A DNA stretch of 64,000 bases from Bugula neritina (taxonomy: Eukaryota; Animalia; Bryozoa). Location of the stretch: the NCBI GenBank assembly GCA_964035545.1, contig OZ037767.1, forward strand, positions 28,226,628-28,290,627, given 5' to 3'. Of this stretch, positions 23,601-35,123 are shown in pieces (position 1 is the stretch's first letter; each line of letters opens with the position of its first letter). The notes under the pieces were generated by a model. That model was not told the DNA's origin, made no database searches, and saw only the letters and a program-made list of their open reading frames with translations. The translations under genes were made by a program, and so were the position numbers.

Positions 23601-26600
23601 AAAACCAAATAACACATCACCCAATCTTCCAAAATGGAAGAACTTTGCAGAACCCTTGTATGGCCCTCCTAAACCATGAATGTATTTTTCAGTCAAGCAT
23701 ATCATTTACCTGAGTATAATTAGTAAATGTTGTATAATATAAATAGAACAGACATTATGCCTGGCTAAATACTAAAATGCTTCTTAAAAGAATATAGAAT
23801 AATTTCAAAAGCTCCCCGGCTAAATGGAGATAGATAGCCACATAACAGATTGATAGAAAAGTTGCTAGCTAACTGCAATACTTATTCTTGCAACTTTTTA
23901 GAATACATATTTAAATTATTAGCACCTATTACAATCCATAAACACTCAGCACAAAATTAAAATGTCCATACCTTGCCTGTTGGACCTGTGGGTCTAACAA
24001 TATGGTAAGGAAGTTTCTTACGCTTCATGTACATTTCAATGTTCTGTTTTGTAGTTTTCTCCCAAAGTTCCATTGATGCTTGGAAAACACATGGATTAAA
24101 GTTAGCAGCAAAGCAGACAAAAATTTTATGAAAAATATGGGCAATGATAGTTTAAATATTAATTAACATACATTCTTTAAAAAATTGCATTCAAACTGCA
24201 TGAAAACCTAGCAAGAGAGCAAAACTCCAACATCTCTGAGCACCTATAAAGTTGATGATTTGCGAGAGTTGCACCAGCTCAGTTAAATGACATTACATAA
24301 GCATAAACTATGCAATGACTGTAAGAAAAAAAATCACAATATATATAATTGAAGATTAGTGTATTTTAAGTGCATACATGAATAGAGTAAACATAGAATA
24401 AAATGCCATGCTGTATGCGCTGTACATACATACCAACTACTGAATCTTCACATATGATGTAATCCCTCAGCTTCTTCTCTGCCTCATTCAGCCGTGACTT
24501 ATTTTCACTCTCAGTTATAAGCAACACCAACTTGTGGTCACCAATTTTCCCAGCAGCAGTAGTAGTTCTGTACCGTACGCCGTACTCATCCAGAATACTG
24601 TTTATGTGACTGAAAGGGGACCAACAAAAAAAGTCACACATGTGATAACTTTTATTACCTTCTTAACAAAAGATTCTGACTTTGTAACTTAACCATGTTA
24701 TCAAGGTAGCGGCTTGTATGAAAATATAAAGAATTCCGTGTTGTGCTGATGACTACAATATCAATGAATACAACAACAAATTTTCACCCAACTGAAACAA
24801 GAATTATTGGCAATTTGTAAATCTTATGCACGAAACACAGTCATATTTCTTCTATATATAATATAAAGAGCTACACAATCGTATAGCAGAATTTCTGACA
24901 TTGTGGTTTAATAAAAAAGTTCTAGTACTGATTTTTATACCAGGCTAATTTGTCTTTAAATTTTTTTTTCCTATACACCTTTACATCTGCTCCTAGGTTC
25001 TAAATTTCTAACTTTTTATTAAATAATTTGAATTACCCAAAAGCATGGGACGTTCTACTGTCAAGAAACTCCCACATGGCTGCATTCACAGTTGTTTGCC
25101 GTTTAGTGAGGCTCTCTGAGTACTTTGCTATGCGCTCTTGTAGCTTTGAGATCATCTCAGCATCATCTCCTTTTATGATAGCTGTGCCCATCTCATTGCC
25201 CAAACTAACAGTAATGTTACAACCATGGAGCTCAGACTTCATAGCCGGCAGTCCTTTATACCTAACAAAAAAATCATGCAATGTCTTTTCAGCAATTCTA
25301 CTAAACATTATTCAAATAGGTACGTCTACCATTTAGTGCACCACATTTTTACATTCTGTCTTATGAAAAGCCAGTGAGGTTACTACTAGCTGGTTCACAT
25401 GACATGTGAAGTATGAAAACTTTACAAGGCCTACTTTAGAAACTCTGCATCAACTAGAGGAAGTGTTACACTGACATCAGTGTTACTTTTGTGGTCACTT
25501 TTGAGCTGATCTTCAAACGCAGTTACTAGGGATGGTTTACCTAAAAGCGAATAACAGACTACAATGAATACACATATTCATCCAATGTATTAGAGGAAAC
25601 TCTAGCTGTGGCACCGCATATCTTTAACTAAAGCATGCAGAAATACAGAATTGAATTTATATAAATCGTATTATAATGTTATTCTTGCGTGAAGACAGCT
25701 ATAACTGAAAAGTTAGGAATCATTAAATTTTCAAATTTACAACAGAGCCCATGTTACTATGTGCTTGTTTAACCACACTTGGTCCTGAACATAGTCTGGT
25801 GAAAATGTGGCAAAACTATATTAGTATCATGTATTAGTATCAGTATTAATATTAAGTATTATTATTATGTATTAATATTATGTATTATGTATCAGTATTA
25901 ATATTGTGTATAATGTATTAGGTATTAGTATCAGTATTATTATTATTATTATGTATTAGTATTAGTATTGATATCAGTACCAATACCATAGTGTACCAAC
26001 ACAATAGTATTGGTACTGATACTATTAATAGTATTGGTATCAATATTATGTATTAGCATCAGTGCTAGTGTCAAATCAACTAGTTAAAGCTTACCAAGAG
26101 CTCTTAGTGTGACCTGTTTAGATCCCTCAGACTGATCAAAGACGCAGAGGTTGGGATCAATTTTCATCTTTATCATATGCCACTGGGCACTCGGGACTGT
26201 GCAGCTCTCCATCTCTCTACACACGGAATAGAAGAGGAAAATGTCTAAAACTATGACAATTCTTGTGTTTGTTAAACTGTGTGCTGAGTGTATTACAGTC
26301 AACATCACTACTACTCAACTGTAACACCACAAGGTGACATTACAATTTTGTAGATATCACCTGTTGTCATTGACAATCTGATACACAACAAACTAACAAA
26401 TAAACAAGGCTATTCTCATTAGAGCTCTTAAAAGAGTCATCAAGGTTAAAATGATGTATCTGGCTATTCAGAAGGGAACACACAGATATATGTATGGTAC
26501 TATATCCTCTATATTACATTGGACACGCAACAACATTCTTAGAAGTCAATTTTCTATTCTTTCCGATTTGAAAAACAGCATGCAACAAAAGTGTGACATT

Positions 26601-29600
26601 GGAACTTCTCTACTTGCCGTAGTTTCTTATATTTTTAAGCAGATCAAAACGCATTTACTGCCATAATACTGTTGTGATTTATAACACATTGGTCATTCAG
26701 GAAAGTTGACATCACCACACAATGAGGTAACCACGTCAAACATGTATGACCTACTTAAGAGATTTAAAAAGTTCATTTATTTTCTCCTTCACTTGACCTC
26801 TCCAGTTAGGGAACGCTGTTTCAGAACTATCTGGAGATATCAAATGACCATTTTCTCTTTTATATTCGGCCTTTACTTTCTTCAACGCCTACAGTATTGA
26901 CCAATAGAATGTCTTAAAATAGACAATAGGTTGTAAAAATACCAGCAATACACTATATGAGCCAACACGCAAAAACGAGCACAAAAACTGCATAAAACTT
27001 GTTCACAAAATACCAACTAAATAACCAATGCACAAATTGTAAACATTCACCTTTCTGATTTGATTTTGAATACCATCAGCACGTTTGGTGAAATATTTAA
27101 AATAATCGTTGCTATAGCCCAGTTCCTTTACCAAATCGGCCACAGAGAGCGGGGCAGGTGCCACGGTACTACTTTCTAGATATAGAGCTACATCACTTAG
27201 TGCAGGGACAATTGGTGTAACAATATACTTCTCTAGTAACTCCATTGAATCGCCCATCTTTTGACTCAGAAATTTCACAACTTCTGCAATTAAAAAGAAG
27301 TTCACAGCTTTTCTTTGGAATTGTCTTTTCTATGATTAACCAACGAAAATGATGTGTTTAAAGTTTAGTGCAGAAATTAAATAATCGCATAATACTGAGA
27401 CAGATGTAAATAATCCTGATGAAAATTCAATAGTTAAGCTATAAAGCATTAGGAGGAATTAAAAAATCAAATGTTTAGTTTTTCATTTCTTTTGAAGCAA
27501 ACCTTTTTCGTGTTCAAAGTTGTAAGTTGTGGTCTGGTCAGCCATGGAATGATGAACCACTTTGGTACTGTTGTCTTTTCCCCACTTTTCAACTGCCTTG
27601 TTGACAGTTTTGGCGTCTTTAGAAAGGATGCCAGAAACTGCCACATGGCTGACAGACTTGAGTCTCCAAGCTCTGACACACTCCAGATTGGACGTCTGCA
27701 ATCCTCTGCAGATGTTGGCAAAATCTAGAAAGTTCTTCAAGAGTAAAGCATGCAATATACAATAAAATATACAATATGTATAATGTAATGTGCAATTATA
27801 TAATGTAATATACAATAAAATATACAATATATAAAATATATTATGCAATTGTGTAATGTATTATACAATATATATAATATATTATATTATGTAATTGTGT
27901 AATGTAATATACAATAAAATTAAAAGTACACACAAGTTCATTTCTACAGGAAATAAATAGAGTATCCACACGTTGATAATAAAAAGACAGATAGAAATAA
28001 TTTTTGATGAATGCATTACCTGGTTTTTTATCTCCAATGTACGAGAACATCACTACAGCCATCGAAGGGTCAGAGGTAAGGTACACTTTAGACACCATAT
28101 GCTTGCCATAGTTGGCGCATATATACGTGATAACTCCACGTCTCAGCCAGTCCGCTCTCACACCAGTTAGCAACAGGAAATAGTTGGATATAGCCTGAGA
28201 GATCTCGAGGCCACAGTCCTCTAACGGGACACTAGCACAGAGTGAGGAGTAGGCTATGGTCTTGTCTGAGTAAACTATTGGTGAACGGGACACCACCTCA
28301 CACGCAACTACAAACAGCGTCAAACAACTCTAGACTATTCATAACAAAAGCAACTTAAGCAAAGTAAAACATTTAGAGACACATCGCTAGTGTAATACCC
28401 AACTATATTATATATATATATATACATGTAGAAAATCTAAAACTATGAACTAATTTACCGTGAATCCATTCCCATTTAGCCAACTATTCATTTATTAGAA
28501 CACTTGTCCCATTCAAAACTAGTTTTCCATCCTCAGAAGGCCCGTGTTCAATAGTTCAAACCAACATTTTATAACTTGTAAAAAAGCTATACACAATATA
28601 GAAATGTGTCTCAAGCTTCATATTGATTAAACTAACTGAAAAACAGGCGAAGTTGTACCTTCAGGTTTGCTGTAAGCAACCAGCCGCTTTGACTGTGTGC
28701 TGGCAGTGCTGAGCTGTGCGGAACTGTCACCGCCACTGTGCTTTTTCAAGGTCATCACTTTACGCAGGTAAGTATCCGTGCTATTCGAATTAACCTGAGT
28801 CAGAAGGACGGAGAAATCCTTAGAAGACAGTTCTTGGACTATAACAAAAAATTGCTTTACTTGATACAATGAAGCTAATGAATGTGCAGGCCACATGTGA
28901 CCAGGTGAGTGTGTGACCAGGTGAGTGTGTGACTAGGTGAGTGTGTGACCAGGTGAGTGTGTGAACAGGTGAGTGGGTGACCAGGTGAGTATGTGACCAG
29001 GTGAGTATGTAACCAGGTGAGTGTGTGACTAGGTGAGTGTGTGACTAGGTGAGTGTGTGACTAGGTGAGTGTGTGACTAGGTGAGTGGGTGACTAGGTGA
29101 GTATGTGACCAGGTGAGTATGTGACCAGGTGAGTGTGTGAACAGGTGAGTGTGTGACCAGCAAATTATTGTAAATACTGCAGTAGAAATTATCTGGGATC
29201 AGCTTCCTCTAACACACAATTTCAATACGAGATATAGCCATCTCAACAATGTATTCAATACGAGATATAGCCATCTCAACAATGTGTTCAATACGAGATA
29301 CAGCCATCTCAACAATGTATTCAATACGAGATATAGCCATCTCAACAATGTATTCAATACGAGATATAGCCATCTCAACAATGTGTTCAATACGAGATAT
29401 AGCCATCTCAACAATGTGTTCAATACGAGATATAGCCATCTCAACAATGTATTCCCTAGGACTTTCAACATTTCACCTAACATATAGTCAGACAACATGT
29501 GAACTGCTGATAAGATTAAGTTCATTATTACCTATCAGACTTAACTCTGACACTTGCAGTTGTCAAGATAACTTATCTAATCAAATACCCAATGTGGGAC

Positions 29601-32600
29601 TAGCTCTACACCAACAGTGCAATTGTACTGTTTCATACAGGGCAGTATTTCATGCTAGACCACAACTATTGTTATGTTTTCAATTGTTATAATTTAACCC
29701 ACATTTTGGGGAGTATTGTGAATATCACTACATGTAGCAGCACAAAGCAACAAACCTTACTCTAAGAAGGATGTAATAACTGAACTAAATGAAACATTAC
29801 TGTGATTATCTATGTTTTTATTATATAGCTTGTTAGCAATTACAAAGTAATTAAAAGAAAGCATTTAACAAACAATTATAGTTAGCTCTTGTATTCCAAC
29901 AATCTGTTGCATTCATCACATTACCAAAGTCTGAATTTGATAATATTACTCAACCAATAGGAAGATTTCTGTTTAAATAAAATATTGATTTTCTTAAAAC
30001 TGGAATTGATATTTGTTAAACCTGACATGACTTAGAGGCCATGTAAACTATGGAAAAGGTGATTTAGAGATTTAGGTATATGTGAGTTCTAATAAGCTTA
30101 CAATGCTTGTTGTATGGTTTGCCAAATATTGGGTTAAAGATTATTCACCTTCACCCTCTTTGCTGGTATAGTTGATATAGCTCTCCTTGGTAACATACAT
30201 GTATTCGTCTTCAGGGTAGGGGTACAGCGGATAGATGCTAACATCCGGGTATTTCATTCTCATTCCCTTCAGCAAACACTGAATGTCTGAAAAATGCACC
30301 AAGTTCAACTGGTGAATGTCAAAGAAACCCATCATAGCCTGACACACCCTTAGCTGTAGTAACATCTTTTCAGGATAAACATAAGGAAACTTTTTTAAAA
30401 ATGTTGCCTAAAATTTTAGAACAGTGATGACTACAAAGTAGGTATTTAGGTGCAGCAATGGAGAAGTTTTAAAAGCCCAAGTGTTTTTCATTTTTTTCTA
30501 TAAGTCTTGGTTTGGGGATAGATTAAATTCTCACGAGATTATAACTTCTTTTACTATATTTAATCTATAACACAGGATTTCCTCCATTACTGCACTAATC
30601 TCAAAGTCGAACACGTTATTTTAAACACTAAAATGAATCAAGTACGTCAAATGCTTTACGAATTTTCTTACACGCAAATATAAAATCCTTCTTACTGAAT
30701 ATACTTTACTAAAGAGTATGTTAAAGACCCAAAGTTAGATAAATATTAAGCGTCCTATAACAAATCTTGGAGAAAATAACCTATCAGAAATATAAGAAAC
30801 CAAAACATGACCCAGAAGATAAGAATGATTGTTGCAGTGTATGCAATGCACAGTTGTAACCTTCTTTGGAAGCATCTGGGAAAGAAAATAAGATGCAGCT
30901 CCCCTCTACTATTTTCTGGTTCCGTAGTTTATCTTTGGTTGGCGAGTGAGCTTCCTTAAACATAGCAATCAGCCGCTGGCAGAATTCCTCCTCATTCACA
31001 CCACTACCGGTGAATACGATGACAACACAGCTCTCACACACCTCCTCAAACTCCAAATCAAAGTTCAAGAATCGGTTTTGAGGTTCACAGATAAACTGCA
31101 CAAGGTCATCGTAATCTGTAAAAATATAGGTGCTACTACAAACCCTCTGCTGCCAGAAAGAGTATGATATGCTGCCAGAAATAGTATGATATGCTGCCAG
31201 AAGAACAATATAACATACTGTAAGTGACCAAATGATATACTGTGTCGATATAATATACTGTAAGTGATATGATACACTGTAAGTGATGATAGAATATACT
31301 ATAAAGTATAACTTATGATATTATACACTGTAGGTGTTGATATGGTATACTGTAAGTGAAGACAAGAGACAAGAATAACTTGTAAGTTTTAAATTAAATA
31401 AAACACATATGTGTAAGCCACTCCAGAAGAAATTCTTTACCTATGTCCCTATCAAACACAGCTACAGCTGACTTCTTGTCATGTGACAGCACTAAGTCTG
31501 TCACGCGACACTGACTGTTTGTGCAGTACTCTAAAAAGTTCTTTAGAGCCAGAGGGTCATAACTGCTGTCTTCGCCAGGAACATCAATTCCAAGACATCT
31601 AACATCTACTTTGATTTTTGGCGCTGAACTTGTATCACTCAATAACTCCTCAATCAGTTGCCATCGATGATCAATGTCAATGGCCAAACCTGGAAGTTGC
31701 CAAATAGTTGCTAGACATTTCTGTTGCGATTCATCGAGTGCAATCATTTGAAGGAATAGCTTAAAATGGTTTTAAAAAGTGTTTATACACGTAGAAAGTT
31801 TGTAATTGCGCTGGTACTAATTTGCTATCTATGATGTTCATTTCGATTTTCTAAGCACACCTGGATTTAACTGCCACTCATAATACAGCTAATGGTAATG
31901 TCATCAAAATCACCAACAGATTTGATTAGTTTGTTACTGGATTTTATCTACCTTTGTAAACTACAGCCTACAAGTCTCAGCTATGTCAAACATAATATCA
32001 GAAATAGAACTCTTCGCATCAACAAAATGAAGCAGAAGCAGCAGTCAGTTAATTGATGTCGCAGAACTAAAAACATACCAAAAGTAATAAAAATCACTCT
32101 ATTCATTATCCGTGATTTGTATGCTACATATCTGAAACTTGCTGGGCTCCCATGCCACAACATCAAGTACTAGACTCCAAAGTAGTAACTCAACAATATT
32201 GCACTAAACACATTTTTGTTCCACCAGATCAAATGAATTTTACATTGAATTCTCCTAATTTACAGCACCTGATATTTCTTCATCGTCATTAGAAGAACTG
32301 GAGTTTTGTGTTTTAGCCAACTTATCGTGACTTTTGGCTTTTCTTTTTCCTTTTGATGCATTGGCAGCAGCAGAAGGTGTGGGTACAGCACCCTTGTTGG
32401 GTTTTGATTTTTGCATTTGAGCTGCGGTTTGATTTTTATTTTGTGTATCTTTTTTATTCTTTGTTTGATTTTTCTCAGGAATTTTCTTTTTCTTTTGGGT
32501 TTGTAAGGAAGAAGACTGTTTGGTGACTTCTTCATAAGATGGAGGTAGGTCCGATTGACTTGCTCCTGAAGCCTCATTAGAAGATGTCTAAAGCAAATTC

Positions 32601-33233
32601 CAAACAAATGAAAGCAGAAGCTATATTTTATATTTGTTTGATACAAGACTTTAAAATAGAATCCATCGATACTACAACAAAAATTAACACTCACAGCTGA
32701 TCATACAAAATCACAAAATTTTAAGCTATTGTGTATTCACTACAAGGCCAGCTAGACATATTCATTATATCTATACTATTCTACCAAAGCCAAAATAAGC
32801 CTTTCACAATTACCTTTGTAGGTTTCTTTTTGGGCTTTTGTGGCTGTGGAACTGGTGCTCTGGGACCTGGAGGAAATTGCGCAGGTGGGTGATGAGTTAC
32901 ACTCGATGGTGTGAATTGGCCTTGGTGTTGAAGCAAAGGGGCGGGGAGAAGGGGTGGTACCTGTGGTGGAACAGGAAACATTGGTGCAGGGGCGTAGTGT
33001 GGAGTGGCGTAGTGTGGAGGGGGATAGTAGGAAGAGGATGGTGGGCAATAGGGCGGGGGATACTGTTGCGTATTTGGCATAGCACCAGGATATGGCGGGT
33101 AGTTAGGCTGATAAAAAGGTCTAGAGTGTGAAGACATTAGGTTGCTGTGTTGTTGGGGTTGGGCATTAAGGGTGGGGGTAGATCGCCCCGACTGTGGTCG
33201 TCGAGCGGGAGAGTTTTTCTTCTTAGAGCTCAT
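20611..33233 (-). CDS. PARP14/PARP9-like RRM-KH-macrodomain protein lacking a catalytic domain, paralogue B (~1510 aa, 21 coding exons)
   Basis: Exons 33233-32814, 32587-32269, 31689-31441, 31115-30861, 30286-30149, 28838-28659, 28307-28020, 27724-27503, 27283-27051, 26888-26755, 26216-26095, 25540-25435, 25261-25037, 24609-24434, 24078-23972, 23354-22882, 22661-22534, 22232-22014, 21895-21661, 21288-21107, 20732-20611 sum to 4533 nt in one open frame. Macro-like motifs: KADAMIIAV...GVGTVL, ALRRASELGLTSIVTNLIGS, LKTVYICETN. Ends EFLKACSSILN*. Confidence 0.78.
28897..29160. repeat. 16-bp minisatellite (GTGACCAGGTGAGTGT) x~16
   Basis: Direct tandem units. Only a short unexpanded version exists at ~11544 in copy A. 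Confidence 0.95.
29222..29455. repeat. 33-bp minisatellite x7
   Basis: TTCAATACGAGATATAGCCATCTCAACAATGT(A/G) tandem units. Single diverged unit at ~11633 in copy A. Confidence 0.95.
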
Positions 33234-34285
33234 TGCCAGCTTTTATAAAATTCACTGCAACATCAACTGTAAGATACATACAAATTTTATGGAAGTTTGA
33301 CTATTGGCCTCAGAAGTCACTGAAAAAGCGCTATGCCCCATACAAATGTATGTCTATAATAAACCATGTATGCATTCACAAGATTTAGGTCCAAATTAAG
33401 TGAATCTGCCTTTCTGTTCAGTCATGAAGGCAGTGCTCAACATGGACATAATTAAATGATAATCATAGTAATAATGATAATAACTTGTGGCTATTATCCT
33501 GCTGGTATTTATACTGTGAGGGTTTTTATTTTGAAGTGACAATAATGGTCATGAATTAAAATTAGTAATACTAAGTCTAATAGTTTCAAGTTTATAGTAA
33601 AACTAAATATAACACTATGACAAGTAGCAACATTGTTAATCATGAACCAATTTTAATACTTATATTTCATTTACCCACGCTGACAGTTACATATAGGCTA
33701 GCACTGGTAACTACTACTACTGCTACTACTACTTCTATTACGTCTACACTCATACCTGAAGGCTGATACTGATAAGCACACTCACAGTCACTCTCAGACC
33801 TAATACTAATAGTAGTGTTACTACTACTAGTACTATTGTTGCTGGTGCTGCTGCAGCTACTACTACTACTACTACTACTACTACTAACTAGTAGTAATAG
33901 TAGTAAGCCTACTTACTAACTTAGCACTTACACTTACTCTTACTCTTAGTAGTTACAGTCTTGGAGTTAGAGTTACCGTCAGTTTAGTGTCTACTAGTTC
34001 ACACTTTCAGTCAAAGTGTGAGAGTCAATTTCAGAAAAAAAATTAAATATTACACTTACAGTTACTGTTACCGTGTTAATGTTACTGTTACACTTACTCT
34101 CTTACTTTTAGTCTTAGTGTTTCAGATTGAGATTCACTTTGACTTTCACTTTCAGTTTGTGAATTGATTTTAAATATCAGTAGCAAATATGATTATCATC
34201 ATCATTATTAGTATCATGGCCAATATAAGATTGATATTAAGTATAACTGGTACTACTACTAGAAACTTAAGTGACAACTTCTTAC

Positions 34286-34540
34286 CATTAAGAGTGATTA
34301 ACTTCAAGTTTAACTTAAGATATTTGTATCGTGACTGTGACGCTGTGCGCTTAGTAGAGATTTGAATTTGTGGTTGCTTGGTACGGGGAAGTCCCTACGG
34401 GAGCTTCCTGCGCTGCTCCGACGGCAATATGCAATATTTTAAGCCAGTGCACGTATGCCGAGAAAGAGTTGTCTGTCCAATTAGTTTTGAAAACCAACTG
34501 TCCCATTCTCAATCTTGGGCTAGTACTCATACAGATGTGA
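34286..34540. promoter_or_regulatory. Putative bidirectional promoter between paralogue B and BCKDHB
   Basis: CpG-richer island between divergent genes (ATGs at 33233 and 35124). Both ATGs are preceded by acceptors (~33268 minus, 35107 plus). Candidate UTR-exon donors at 34285 (minus, GTAAG) and ~34537 (plus, GTGAG). Confidence 0.5.
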
Positions 34541-35123
34541 GATATCAATATGAATATGAATATGTATTATTAATACTTATGCCTATAATTTAAGTTATAC
34601 TGTTGCTAATACTATTACTACTACTAAAATTAAGATGCATATTGTTATTGATATTAAATTAATTACTGTTAGTATTGTATGCTTAAACTTAAAGTATAGC
34701 TATGAACAATCAACTTTAACTTTAAGTTTAAGTCTTAAGACACTTGGCAAGTGACTTGGCCTTGCAGTTGCTCCTTCATTTTGATTCCTAAAACTTAGGA
34801 ATTTCTTCTAGTTCTAGTTAATGTTATACTAAGAGTAAGAGTAACTGTAACTGTAAGTCAATATATTAGTATAATCTAAATCATAATCATACTAATTTCA
34901 TTATGCCTTATGGTAATCATAATCATATGGCAAGGAATATAATAATCAGGATCAAAATGGGAATTTATAATTATTATTAACTTTAAGTCTATCAGAGTTT
35001 ATTCTGTGGAACATCTTGTAATCCACAATTTTACAATATTGTTGGTTGAGATAGATGCTTATTCTATGTTATTTGCATATTGACTGTTCAATCTACTGTA
35101 GTTATAGGAGTACAGACTAAGGA

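Noticed and set aside
29149-29692. ORFs with NTRYSHLNNVF-type repeats; superficially CRISPR-like 33-bp array
   Set aside because: Head-to-tail units with no unique spacers and no cas genes; intronic minisatellite in a eukaryotic gene.
31861-31890. Block conserved in both paralogues (also ~14561) resembling a 10-nt micro-exon (CAG|TTAAATCCAG|GT)
   Set aside because: Inclusion would shift the frame and the flanking exons already join in phase; treated as conserved intron.
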